Source of the DNA: Oikopleura dioica
Lineage: Eukaryota > Animalia > Chordata
Assembly (NCBI GenBank): GCA_907165135.1
Contig: OU015566.1
Span: 11,470,001-11,534,000, forward strand
Direction of reading: 5' to 3'
Length of the DNA: 64,000 nucleotides
Part shown: positions 34,749 through 47,949 of the stretch, piece after piece
Numbering within the stretch: the first letter of the stretch is position 1
Layout: every line of letters starts with the position of its first letter
Program-made: the position numbers and the translations under genes
The notes under the pieces: model-generated
Seen by the model: the letters and a program-made list of their open reading frames with translations, nothing else
Told to the model about the DNA's origin: nothing
Databases searched by the model: none

Positions 34749-36368
34749 ATGAGCGGTGTGAAAAGGGACTGGTACCAATCGAACGAAAGAGTCATTCTAG
34801 CGCTCCTGACGAAGGCATGCTCAGAAGTGCAAGTTCAGTTTGAAAGGGATTCTGTCACCGTTAGCGGCATCAATAAAGGTAATTTTTGCTTAAGAATAAA
34901 CGGTTTTTATTTTTTATTGAATTTCAAGAATGATTATTCATTTGAGAATTTGGTGAAATTGGTATTTACGACATAGATCTTGATTAATGAGCCTTCCATA
35001 TTGTTATTCGCTTGGGTCAAATCAAGTTTAATGAGCCGGAATGAGCCCGGTATATATTCAGTTTGTTTTGAATGTAAAACTAAAAGAAATGACTAGACGT
35101 TCAGTTTTCATAACGTGAAATTCACGCACTATTGTTTTATTCAAGAGATGTTTAACTTTTTAATTCTCATTGTACTATCCAAACTTTGAAATTACTCGGC
35201 AAATAATCATCATTTACGGAAAGAGAAAACTCTAAAGGAAGCTATTTTTATGCACAATGACGTAACGATAACTTATCTGCAACATTTCAAATAGAAACAG
35301 TATCAAAATTCCTAGGATCTACAAGCTAGGACTAAAAACGGCTTATTTCTGCATATCCGGTACTACTACTGGATCCTACGCCTCACATAAATCAACATTA
35401 AATCGAGTTCAATATTAAATATTTGCGCTTTTTCACTCCCTATAACGACCTGAATTTTCGGCAAATATTGTCAACTCGACTTATTTTTTTCAAATTATTT
35501 TTTAGAGGGAAATGCATTCACAGAAGTGGTGGAACTCGCCTGCGAAATCGTCCCAAAACAGTCGACTTTTAAAACAATGTCGACGAAGATTGAGCTGCGG
35601 CTGATGAAAGCAGATCCGGGCTTGCGCTGGGAGCAATTAGAAAAACAAAGTCTTCACGAGATAAAGCAGCCAGTCAAGCATAACCAGACCAAGGATTGGG
35701 ACAAGCTGGCCAAAGAAGCTGCCGAACAAGAGGATAAAGATATTGAGCAGGGTGGCGGTGATGCAGCGCTTCAGCAAATGTTCAAAGTGAGTGGTTAGAA
35801 TATTTTCCCGCAAGATATTTCTGGGTTCGAACAAAATCAAGAACCCGACTGCTTCTTCGAGTAAAAGTACGAAAAAGCCAAACTTTCTTCTACTTGAAGC
35901 CGCGGCTGAGATAGTCGAACCTTCTTGACACAACCGCTGTCAATTTTTTATATTTAATCTGCAGCAAGTATTTAAATTAGCCTCTAAATATTTCAAAAGA
36001 ACAATCGGGGATCTCAAAGATCAACTGAGAATTCAATTGAAAGAGACTCACCAACACCTGGTTGTTATACAAACTTCCTCGCCCGTAAACTTTTGTATTT
36101 ACTACTTTGCCACTTACACTGGCCACATAAAAAGTTCGCAGAGCTAGAGAAGAAGAATGCTTTTATTATTTTTATCGCTCTTCGTTTATTAACCTCTCTC
36201 TCTTAGAAAATCTACGCTAATGCGAACGAAGACACCAAGAGAGCGATGATGAAGAGCTTCCAAGAATCCAACGGGACAGTTCTTTCCACAAACTGGAACG
36301 AAATCGGCTCCAAGAAAACAGAGACAAAACCGCCAGATAGCATGGAGTTCAAGAAATGGGACTCTTAG
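34749..36368 (+). CDS. SUGT1: SGT1 Hsp90 co-chaperone (CS plus SGS domains)
   Basis: KRDWYQS (CS start), [49 protein letters not shown]..IG (SGS). Three exons. Confidence 0.93.
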
Positions 36369-36722
36369 AGCTTCAATTTGCAAGATGGACAAAATTTAGC
36401 AATATCTCTTTTTTTCAATCACTGTATTTTTTTTAACTTTTTGCACTCAATTGGGCCAGCAAAATTGAATGACGAATGCATCCATAGAAACCTTTATTGA
36501 CTATTTTATTGTATCTTCATGCTGTTTATATTTTTATGTCATCTTCCTGAGTAACACGCTCCAGCGGAAATTGATGCATTCACCGTTCTGATATTTGCGC
36601 AAAGATGAATGCTTTATTACCCGCTTCTTTATTGACGCGTTCGTAATTTTCATTCCTCAACGCCATTTTTTTCCAACTTGATTCCAACCATTTGTCATTT
36701 TAGAAATTGAGAAATCGAAATC

Positions 36723-38130
36723 ATGGCCCAAGCGCTGAAAGATAGCCTTTTGGATTTTAACAAGGTGCGGGCGTTTCAAGAGTTTTGCGGAATTAGAGAA
36801 TGCAAAGAAGATGATCCTCGGGGAGAAGACGCCATTGTCAGGTAATAGACTCTCTGTCCAGCCAGTCTAGTCATCTGACCGTAATTAGTGAATCACAGCC
36901 AGAAAGAAAAGCGAGACAGCAGAGCGCTCGATTCCGCGCCACAAAACCCTGGCTCCATGAATTCTTCATGCTCGGATCTGTCTTTGGCACCGAAATCTTT
37001 TACATTACCTACTTGCCCCTGATCTTCTGGGGATACGAAAATTGGACTGGGCGACGTCTTGTCCAGGTATGAAACTCCTTTCAATCTCTTTCTATTCTTT
37101 CGTCCCTCTTAGATCTGGGTGATTACGATGTACATCGGCCAAGTTCTCAAAGAGTTCTGCCAAATGCCTCGCCCAACCAGTCCTCCAGCTTTTCCGATGG
37201 AACCGAACTTCAAGGTAAACGCCGTGTTCAAATGTCAACCCTTTTCTAAAATCTTTTCAGGCAGAATTCGGATTTCCTTCAACTCATTCCATCGCTGGAG
37301 CTTCCCTCGCTTTCGGCACGCTCCTCTCCATCTGTGGAACTCAAGACGCAATCTTTCCCTTCGCTCTTCTCGTTGCTACTGCTTTTACTGCTTGGGTCGC
37401 TCTTTCCCGCCTCTACAAAGGTACCTATTCTTTCCTCTAGCCCCTTTCTTACCCGGTTCAGGAATGCATTCCATCCTCGACATCCTTGGCGGCCTGGCCA
37501 TATCTGCGCTGTATCTCTTTTTCGGCTGGCAACACTTGGACAAAGTCGACCACTACATTCGAACTGTTCCATTTTCACCTATCATTTGCCTCGCTTCCAA
37601 CTTCGTCCTCGGCTGGTTCTACCCCAACGGCGACTGTCCTTCTCGAAAAGATACGATCATCATTCTTGGAGTCGGCGCTGGAGTCAACATTGCCAACTGG
37701 CTCAACTACAAACAAGGTCAGTTATAAATAAAAAGAGGATAGGAAAATATCATATTTTAAATATGAAAATCGAAGAATTTTTTCTTAGCAAAGATTCCCT
37801 TCGCTAATCAGATTAGATTCGTTTTCCTTTTCAAATTTTGGAATTCTCAACAACATTTCAGGCCTGGACTACGACATCTACGACCAACCTGAGTGGCACA
37901 TCATCTTCTTCCGCGTCATCCACGGACTGCTACTGACCGCTGGTGCTCGGGAAGTTGCTAAGACGGCCATGAAGTCCCTCCTTTCTAAGGTCTTCGGCCC
38001 GATCACCTCCGAAAACATTCGAAAACAAGCGATCGAAGTACCCCTTCAGTACTTTACTTATACTTTCGTCGGTTTCACCGCTGTCTACCTCGCTCCACTT
38101 CTGTTTCTCAACCTCGGGCTGTATCGCTAA
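36723..38130 (+). CDS. SGPP1: Sphingosine-1-phosphate phosphatase (PAP2 family)
   Basis: GTEIFYITYLPLIFW, GRRLVQIWVITMYIGQVLKEFCQMPRP.SPP, EFGFPSTH, GMHSILDILGG. Multi-pass hydrophobic segments. Confidence 0.88.
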
Positions 38131-39105
38131 TTTCCAAAACCAATCATACTTCTTGTACTTCTTACCTCTCTTTTCCTCTTGTTGATAATTTTTATTTTCG
38201 CTCTGTATCCGATGTATTATACAATCTTTTTAAATCCCTGATTTCTCATAGTTCATGATGGCGTTGATCAAAACATTTATCCAATCTGAATGAGTTTAAC
38301 AACGCTTGAAAATAATTCCAGATGCCAATATTATTATTTTATAATATAAGTATCAAAGTTTATCTATTATATACCTGAAATTAATTATTCCTTCTTCAAG
38401 AAAAAATAAAATGAAAAAATATAAATATCGCTTTACTAAAAAGTTCTGAATAAGAATTATTTGAGTCTTCTATGATTCAAGCTTCTGGCCAATAAGATTT
38501 TGATATTTGTGAACCTAGCCAATGAAATTGAAGCATTGAAAGATGGAAATTTATTCTGCTCTTTCAGTAGAATCAGCACATTGACGGATTACAAAGTCTC
38601 AGATCTCAAAAAATATTCTCTTACTTGATTTCATAGACCGTTATCCTTGATTTAGTTCAATTTTACCCTCGTCAGATTTTTTTTATCTGTTATTTTTGTT
38701 AAAGCTTTAAACCTTTTGTTATTGTCAATAACTTATTGATCAAAGTTCTGCCTAAAAACTGTCCCTACTTGTTCTATTGATTCTAGAACCCGCTTTATTT
38801 TTCCAAAAAATCAGTATCAACAGCATAACATCTCATTTTCGCCACTTTACTATCACCTTTTGCACAACTTCATCCCTCTTCTGTTTCTCATTCGTCTTCC
38901 AGTTACTTTCCTTTCTTCCAGCGCGGCGGAGGACCCACCCGTGGGAACCCCTAGCTGAATCAAAGATTGGTTCTGACCGCTCGCGAAGCGCCAAAACACA
39001 GAATTTCGCGAGTTTCTTCGCGTTTCTTGAGAAAGAAAAACTAAACCAAAGAGAACTCTTCACAAACCAACAGAGCTTTTACTAACGAAAATTATTTGCT
39101 TCAGA

Positions 39106-39692
39106 ATGCTTTCCCGACTTGCTCGACCCGTTGCCCGAACTGCTGTCCGATTTGGATCCAGCGTAAGTTTAATTTCTTCAGAAAGAGGATGAAATTTGCT
39201 TTTCCGATTGATTTTTAAAGAACAAGTCGTAAATGATAGACTAAAAGCACTAGGCATCAGCTCTTTTTATCACAAAAACATCTGGTTTTTGTTGTAGTAA
39301 AATTTGTAGAGCCCAAATCTCTTTTCTGAAAAAAATTCAATTTCAAAGATTCAAATGACTCATATTTCTACGAGAAGAGTGAATTTTCGATTCATTTAAT
39401 AAAGCGAAAGTGGTCAATTTTGCCTCCTACGCCCTCATCTCTTCAAATTACTGTATCCGTTGATAGAATTTATCATGAAAATATCGGTCAATAAGTCACA
39501 TAACATTCTGACTCCGTTTTGGAGCAACGACCTTATCCCCTTTTTCAGGAAAACAAGTTCGCCATCACCAAGGAAATGAAGATCTCCATGGGCGCTTCCG
39601 TCTTCTTCGGCGCCGCCTTCTACAACTTCATCCGAGGCAACATCAACCCCGGCACCAACCCCGTCAACTACGTCCCCAAGAGCGCTCTCTAA
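39106..39692 (+). CDS. 66-aa mitochondrial-type microprotein, possibly a divergent COX7C
   Basis: Two exons: MLSRLARPVARTAVRFGSS|ENKFAITKEMKISMGASVFFGAAFYNFIR... An Arg-rich presequence precedes one TM helix. ENK(F/W)...FFG.AF recalls COX7C. Confidence 0.55.
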
Positions 39693-39854
39693 ATTCCCAA
39701 AACCCGAAAACGACGATCAAGAAATCGACGATTATTTATTTTCATGAACCGTTATTTCCCATTCCTTTTTCTTTTAAGGAATCTGTTCTAAATTGAAACA
39801 TTAGCCTTGAATAAAATAACAAAAACATCCGACTATCACGTGTCTTTCTCTAGA

Positions 39855-39984
39855 ATGTTGTCCCGCGCAGCTTTATCAGTCCCCCGCCGAGCAGCAACCA
39901 AATTCGTTCTCGCACAAGAGGTCGATGGAAAGTTGGTCAAGGCGAACATGGAGTGGGCAGATGTTCAAGCCACGAAAGTTTCAG
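39855..39984 (+). CDS. First exon of a second presequence-bearing gene; 3' part unresolved
   Basis: An acceptor precedes the ATG. MLSRAALSVPRRAATKFVLAQEVDGKLVKANMEWADVQATK then reaches GT donors. Confidence 0.45.
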
Positions 39985-40224
39985 GTTAGAGCTGGGAAGA
40001 TCCTGGCCCCAGCGGTAAAAATAGTAGACTTTATATTTATGCAGAAATTTCTCGAATAATGTCGAAATGATAATGAAGAACTCTGTTCATAATTTTTACA
40101 GACTCTAGAATAAAAACCTACTATTATGGTTCCTGAAATAACGAATCCGCTTGCGGCTTCGAGAGAACAAAAGCAAAGCTGCGGCTTTACGAAACGGGGC
40201 TTTTGAACTATTTTTTCTCGAAGC

Positions 40225-40340
40225 TAAAGAGTCATGGGCGGCTCCGGGCAAGAGTGATCTCCCCTCCGAGAGAGGGATGAGGTGCAGGGCCGTACTCAGC
40301 AGCGCCGGGGGTCTATCCGACGCTGCGGCACTTCCCCACA
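40225..40340. repeat. 116-bp GC-rich structured element, copy 1 (ncRNA candidate)
   Basis: Identical to 41293-41408. Much more GC-rich than the flanks, folds into hairpins, and identity ends at CCCCACA. Confidence 0.85.
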
Positions 40341-41292
40341 CTCACCCCCCTCACGAAGTGAGAAGAGCTTTATTGAAAATTTTCTTCAGTTAATAATTTG
40401 TGTAATCAGTATTTAGAACAGTCGAACAAAATACAGTTTCAATTAGGAACAGAAATTATAATAAAGTTCTTCTCAAGCAAATTTGTCGTCTCAAATTGAG
40501 ACTCTCAATCGTGATTGAAATGTATAATGATGCGATGGGAAATTCACATATGACGCGTCCCATCATATCACTGTTTGACGTGACGTCGTGTGAACAGACA
40601 AAGGTTTGTCTTTTGATAATTATAATGATAAAGATTGTCTGGCTGACATCTCGTCTTTCCAACAAAATAAATTTCTTCTGACATAAAACTGCAACGATTT
40701 CAAGTGATCCTCTTCTCCACTGATCCACTTTTCTCCACTGATCGTCTCTTAGCAGCTTCCGAATCTCTTCTTGTCTTCTTTTATATTTTCAATCTTCTTC
40801 CATAAATAAATTTTCATCTTAACGAGCCAATATCTTCACACGAAGCTCCAATCGAATTGAAAACAAAATATCTTGACCATCGGAAATTATAAGCAAATTT
40901 ATAATTTGAAATCCAACCAAATAAAATAATTCCAATTTGTCCGCCATAAATCTCATCAATAAAGAATAGAAAAAAACAAATTTATCCATTTCAAGGTCCC
41001 CATAATTGGCGAGGCTTCAACATTCAAGAAAAAAGATAAAATAAGTTCCACTTTTCAATATTTCTGAGTCCAACGGTGGCCAAAAAATCGTATCCATTGA
41101 TAATTTAGATCCAATAATTAATCGAAAACATCCAAAAATCGTAAATGTTGACCAGATTCCAAAAATCTTACGGAAAAAAGCGGCGAGCGGTCGATTCTCT
41201 CTTACAGCAGCAAGGCAAAAAGAAATATTTTTTTTTTTTTAAAAACCCAATCATCTTCCTGAGACGTGAGATCTTTCACTTCAGTTCACCAG

Positions 41293-41408
41293 TAAAGAGT
41301 CATGGGCGGCTCCGGGCAAGAGTGATCTCCCCTCCGAGAGAGGGATGAGGTGCAGGGCCGTACTCAGCAGCGCCGGGGGTCTATCCGACGCTGCGGCACT
41401 TCCCCACA
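41293..41408. repeat. 116-bp GC-rich structured element, copy 2
   Basis: Base-for-base identical to 40225-40340, with unrelated flanks. Confidence 0.85.
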
Positions 41409-41474
41409 AAGCCACGAGCGGCTTCTCGATTTATTTTTTTCATGATTGTTAAATCCGCTGACTGTTCTGTTTAG

Positions 41475-41883
41475 TCAACATTTCTGGCGAAGAATTCATC
41501 GGAAAAGCTTTCCAATTCAAGAAAATCATCGCTACTGAAGTAGAAGGCACTATTGAGTGGGTCAAAACCTTCAGTCGGCAACAGATGAAAGACAACAATA
41601 AGAAGTGGTTCGGCTTGGTGCAAATAACAAAGGGCGATATTGGTGCTAAAGAAATCATTTTTCATCCGGTAGTAGCGCTTTTTCTAGGCGTAGGGGATGA
41701 GTTTTGTTTAGGAAGAAAAAGAAGAATTTGATGTCTGCAGAAAGAAGTTGGATGATCGGGACCAAGTCGTCAAGATAGTTTTTGATGTCGTTTTGCACAA
41801 GGATCGGAAGACTGTTACAAATATGAGGGTACATCCCTACTTGTCTCATTTTTTACCTAATTTTATCATTTCAGCTCTTGTAA
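41475..41883 (+). CDS. Cold-shock/OB-fold-like small protein (5' exon unresolved)
   Basis: Three GT-AG-joined exons: GTIEWVK...KKWFGLVQI.KGD.GAKEIIFH...IVFDVV...TVTNMRLL*. The pattern resembles RNP1/RNP2 of cold-shock domains. Confidence 0.45.
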
Positions 41884-44800
41884 TCAACAGCTGTGGACAT
41901 TTTCCTGACCTCGAAGCATGAAAGAATTCATTACTGAAAGACAAAAAAGTTGTTTTTGATTGACCGTTTATCAATATAAATAAATTAACATTGCCAGAAA
42001 ATTAAAACTTTGCTCGTCTAAAATTGCTTATTTCGCGGCTATTCTAGACACCAGTCTCTTGTATTTTACAAGGCTTGTTGACCTAGAAACGACTCGCTCT
42101 TGTTCGAAGTAGAAATGAAAAACATAAGGCGAACATGCTTTTGAATAAGTCTCTGAAATTAACTCCAAAAAAAAAAACGAAAATCTAGATAAGCAGGGAA
42201 GGAGACGAGTTTGATCCTTGATGAGTTGAAGCATTCAACCTGTGAATGTTTTGATAAGAAACTGTATATAGTCACGAGAAACTAGACCCAATCCACAATG
42301 CTAATAAGCAATCCAAATTCTGGTGAAATTCTGACTTTATTCCTCACGTGTGCTAATATTTCTAGTCCCTTTTCTTGTGGCTGTCCTTGGAATTCTCGGT
42401 CGAGGGGGCATTATCTTCTTTCCTAGCAAAATTTTACAACTGGTAGCGGACGAGTCTCACGTGTTTCTTTCAGGTCTTGTTCGAAGTTCAAACTTTTTGT
42501 GTAGAGTTTTATCGTGTTCAAAAAGGTTTTTGAAACAGTGGCATTTTCTGCGAGATTATAAGTTAGCTCAGGGTCGCGCGATTTCACAAGTGTCGGGCAG
42601 CAACTAACGAGGTTCACGTGTAGTACTTGAAAACTGATCAAATGCGAAATTTTTTTCGTGAAAACGTTTTCCAGTTTCGAAGAGAGCGCTTTTCGTCAAG
42701 AGGCTCAATTTGAATAAAATAAGGATTTTTGCACTTGACGAAATTAATCGAGGCTCTTGAGGATAAATCGATGATCGGGGCTGGAAACGATAACCTGGCC
42801 GAAATGACTTAAAATTCATTTAAAATATCGTAAATAATTTTTATAAAAGCAATATTTTTATCGGAAAATTTTAAATTAAGCTCAATAAAGTTGTGAAGAT
42901 ACCTGATTTATCTATTATGAATTTCAGATCAAAGAAAGTGAAGCTTTTCTCTAAGAACTGTTACGATGAAAATTAATGCGTAGCACGTTTCTAATTTTGG
43001 CCCAGCTGCTCATTTCTTTTTTCAAGCGGATCAGCAATTTCAGCTGATTCAATCACAAGTCCCAGATTTGTCATAACAAGAGTAGTCTCAGATGATAAGA
43101 CCGTTTGAGATCTCCCATTCTAGCGTCTGAAATGTAGACATTTTCAAATCGTTCATGCTTCACACTTAGGATAATATTTAGCCTTCTGTAAAAACGAAAG
43201 TTCATTTCGTTTTCTAGTGTTTGGCTCCACCTTGGAATGTCACGAAGCTCACCGACTAAAGTGCCAAAGATTAAGGGCAATTATCAGCTTTTAGAAATCA
43301 TTTTCGGCTTATCGTTCGGATCTAAAACTTACAATTATGTAAGACGTACCTGTCAGCGTGTTTATTGGCCAGCGTCTGTAACCAAGTTTAAGTTTCGGAG
43401 GGACTCATCCTCAAAGCAATTTGTTCAAATATAATGTCAACTTCAACTTCTTCATAAGACGGTCTTAAATTTATGCATGACACGAAAATTGCTGTTTATT
43501 ATATTACTAGAAATCTCATCATTTCGGTGACATCGCGGAAGAAAAGCAAGAAGAAAATTCGTATTTTTCGAGGAATATTACGATCGATGCAGTTTCTCAC
43601 TTTCGCCAAAGGAAATATTATAACCAACGGAGCAGATTTGGTGTGCGCGGAGAACCACAGAAATTTCGCACAGCTTTGGGCCACGAAGTTATGGCAATTT
43701 ACCACAAAGCTTCGTATCCCTAAAGTGCCAATGTTTGAAGATGACCCTGTTGTTAGTCAGAGATCAGCTGCGTAAGGGAAACTTTGAATTTTAAGTCCAA
43801 AAGAGTAATAGAAGAGAGAGGTTATTAGTTTTTCCTCGTCGCTTATTTCTCGTCCAAACAGACGGGCACTTGGATTTATAAGTTCAATTCCAGAATCCAG
43901 CAGCATCACCTTGCGGAAATTCCAATCATATTGGTCTTTTTAAGATAGTAAAACATCGACGTAGCTTATCATTGTTCTCGATATACAGTGGCTCTTTTTA
44001 TTCAATCAAAGAGTTCAAGTTTCAAGCATCCATGGTCAATTTTTGCATTTCATTTTTCTAGGGAAGATCAATTCTTGGATAAACTTGAGATGAAAAAACA
44101 GCTTCTAACGGATTGCTTCGTTTTGGAACGGAAGGACGCCGGACCTTCAACCTTTCTTTGACTTATCGCGCCGTTTTTAAGCACCAGCAGTATGCAATTA
44201 GCCCTCAATCTCAGACGAGCGTTGCCACAAACGTGTTTTCAGCTACTCGTCACTGGGAAACAACTTGTTTCTTCGACTTGGTACCTCGATTGTAGTACTC
44301 TTTTTCGATTTCCGAAGAATCGTTTATAGTCTATCGTTTATATATTATAGACTTGTCTACTAGACAATGTCTGCTCAAGCATATTTATCGGCGATGAATT
44401 ATCGCTTATTATTTAGAGCACATTATTCAGCCACTAGACAGTTATTTTCGCATTGCAACTAAATTCCTTGTTGAATTTTTTACGGCACTTGGCCTAGATA
44501 TCATGAAAGCCTTTTCTCGATCATTTTTCGTGTTACAATTTGTTAACGGTAGACAGGTAAGCAAAACAAGCAGGCCGTCCTAGCAATTTTATACGCGTCG
44601 GCACTTCAGATTTATAGAATTTTGAAAAGAACAGCTCACCTGATAATGAAAAGTTGCTTTTTCGAGAACCGATATGACAAGTTTTGCCGTGAAAATGTCA
44701 TCAGAGCGAGGCAGGGCGAAAAGAAAGCAGGAAGTGATTCCAAAACTGCGGCTGATTTATCTTACCTCTTACTGACTCGAGTCGCTGTACGGTAGTTAGA

Positions 44801-46262
44801 AAGTTCCCTGAATAAACTTTGAAGCGTGTCATCCAAAAACATGCCAGCTCTTCAAATCTGAAAGTTGTCTGGACTAACCTAGTCTACGTAAACTGCCAGC
44901 GGATTATTCAAAATGAGGTTTTGCTCATCCGATGAAGAAGACCAGAAACACACGCTGAGTTGTGTACCCACAGATGGGATGAGTCAGGATTTTAAGAATT
45001 AATGCTTTAGAAAATTGCTAATCTGAAGACAACGTAACATGTTTTGCGTTAAATAAAAGGGTTGAACAACGTTTATGTATCCTAAAAACACGAATTTCTA
45101 GATTAGTCCTAAAAAAACTTTTGCAAAAGTCATCGCGGAAAACATTTTAGAACGTAGAATTTGTCAAACCAAAATAATTAATTCAAACAATAAAAAGATA
45201 TCGATGATATTTTTAATAAGCAAACAATAGCTAATTTTCAGAATATTATTAATATCTAATCGGCCACTCTTTAGGTCAACCTATAAATTTGTAGTGAAAA
45301 TAGCAACGGTCCTTCGGGGTCCCAGAATCGAGTCATTTAACATGTAAATGGAACTGGGAATTTCAAGTTTGAGTCTAACATGAATTATCTCTATTTGTAC
45401 AAATTGTACATTATGTACATATCTTGATCTTCATAAATGCGCACCTTTGAAATAATTCTTTGAAGATCGAAAAATATTTTGAAATTTTTGAACCTTGACT
45501 GACATCTTGACATTTTTGGCGATACAGCTTTTAGCGACATCCAGAAGGAGAAGAGTTGATTAAGAAAACATAGTTACGTATGGCGAAATTCCACTGAGGT
45601 AGGAAAGCGCTTAATTGAGGCTTGTCTGAGGTTTCAAATTTTATTCACGAAATGGTCTTGCCCAACCTGGAGATGGTTTAGAGCTGATGAGGTGCGTTTT
45701 TACAAAGTGATGAGGTGTTCCCTTGCTGAAGTTGAAGAGCTGCAGAGTCTGAATGCGCCTATGAACCTTTAATGTCTGATATACGAAAAGGTATGTTCCA
45801 AAGCTTCTAGAACGTATTTAGTTACGTAACTGCTGAATTGATTGGTTGTTCAGTTGAATAGTTTTTACGGAAGAGAATCTTCATCAGAACTGTACTTTAT
45901 TTCCAAAAAATTATGCATTATTTATCAAATTTTGCTGCAGTTAATTTTTGTTTTCTTCTGTGAATAGGCCTGGGAATTGCATGAAAAGTTCGCCTCTTAT
46001 CAAATTTGATAGAGAACGAGTGTGAGAGTTCGCGAGTTGAAAAGAGCGATATCGTGCGATTTTCCGGCGGGCTTGCACATGATGCGATACTCCGGGCGAC
46101 CGTTTGTTTGATCTTTCTTTGAATCATCGTATTCGAGTTAACCTCAAGTAACTTCCACGCAGAGAGATAGAGAAAGAAAGAGACCCGCATTTTTCTACTT
46201 CTCTGAAATTTTCTGAGAACTTTTTAAACGCAAACTCTATCTTTCAGAACTAAAAAAAAACA

Positions 46263-46790
46263 ATGACTGAGAAAGTAATCGAAACAAGATTCAAGGACCC
46301 GCCAGCGAAGGAAAGAGCCACGAGCCAGACCCCCCGTGTCAGAGCTTACACGATCCATGATATTCGCCTTCAAACCGGCCCTGTTGATAACAGGTTACTA
46401 TTTTTTGGATGTTTATCCGAAAATTCTTCTCAGAATGAATATCTTTATCGCCGTTTTTAACCCGTTTTTTAAGGATTCCGATCAACCAAAAGTGCCACGA
46501 ACAGATTCCCGAAGGCTCCTGTACAGAAGGCCAGTTCCGAAAACGCTCCGTTTCATTTTACGGCGGTGCGAGACCAGCAATTCGGTAAGAGAGACTGGCG
46601 CTGACCTCGAAGTAAACTCAGTAGTCGGGACGTGCCCGTGCTCGAATTACTGAGCAAGCAAGTTCAAAATTGACTCTTTTTTTCTTCTAATTTTTCTTTT
46701 CAGACGGGGGCAAACAAGCGAGAAACCAACGCCCAGAATGATTCAGAAAGCCTCTAACTTTACTGTGCGCGAAAATGCCGAATACAGTTA
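46263..46790 (+). CDS. Small basic protein of unknown function
   Basis: Three exons join in phase via GT-AG (MTEKVIETRFKDPP...FRKRSVSFYGG...ENAEYS*). End coordinate approximate. Confidence 0.55.
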
Positions 46791-47949
46791 GATTACGTAA
46801 GCACAAAAAGTAGTCTTTTTGGAGCATCTCCAGCGCGTGTTTCTTTCCTACCACATCGGCCTTACACTGAACTAAAACCTCTGTTCGACCATAATCGCGT
46901 AGCTTTTATAGTAAGTCAAAAAGACTTACATAAAACGGGCAGTTTCTAAACTTGGCGAAAAAGTTCCATGAACATTTTCTTTTCACGAGTAATCTTTGAT
47001 GCAACTTGTCGAAAATTCTGCATATCTTCATCTTTCGCGTTTTTTTTTTGCCAACATATTATCTGGCTTTTCCGCAATTTGGAGTACACACTACTTGACC
47101 GAAAAAATATCAAACTGTGCATGTAATGCCTTATTACTAATAATAAGTTATTAGTCAAGTGAGATTGTAAATATATGGTGAGCAATAGTGTAAGTGTAAT
47201 TATGATTACGAAAAAGTAGGAGAGTGGACACGTTTTCAACAGAATTCGTGATGTAAAGTCTAAATTTTGGTTTGAAACATTTTTTTTTGTAGTTTTTGAG
47301 AAATAAAGTACGCAAGTCTGTTATTACTAATAACTTTTTTACTCATGTAACAGTATTTTTCCATAAACTAATCGGGGATTAGCCCTTGATTCATTTAAAA
47401 CGAACTGCTTTCTCAAAGCGCAAAGTTGGATTCATCGTTAATTTTTTTATTTTCTTACATCACATCACATATTTTACTGAAAACATCAAGCTATCTCAGC
47501 GGAAATTGAAGAAAAAACCCAACGTTTCAGAAAATACCACGTCCCTAAAGAAAGCGCAAGTTTGGGACTTATACAATAGAATTAAATTCCACGGGTGTTT
47601 CGTTGTGGAACTTCCATTACTGTACACTTGTTTCGGCTCAAAAGCGGTAATGCAATTTTGCCACGGAGGGAATACACACGTAAGCTTTATCTCCTTTTCT
47701 AGGGCTTAAGGTAGACACTTAAGGTTTCAGATGAACCTGTCGGAAGATTAGGCAATATGCTAGAATTCGGTTTTATCGCGAATGTGGTCGGGAAATGAGG
47801 TTAGTGCGTGTGGGAAACCAAGAACTATCGAAGAGTTCGATTAACTTATCGATTCATTAGAAATTATGAGAAATGCGGGTTTCTTTCTCTATAGAAGCGC
47901 ACTACCATCCAGTGGTGCTTCTACTAAGGGTGTCAGTCGCATAAAGATG

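Noticed and set aside
40232-40264. Partial similarity between the 116-bp repeat and the reverse complement of the RP hairpin (CCGGG..GATCTCC)
   Set aside because: The blocks are short, gapped and on opposite strands, which is compatible with chance.
40225-40340. 116-bp repeat as SRP RNA, 5S, U snRNA, hammerhead or HDV ribozyme
   Set aside because: The CAGG...AGCAG spacing lacks the GNRA stem of SRP helix 8. There is no Sm site and no CUGAUGA/GAAA or HDV core.
43230-43260. ELRDIPRW (minus strand) resembling ELQDIPQW near 63000
   Set aside because: The match is only 8 residues and neither gene model is secure.
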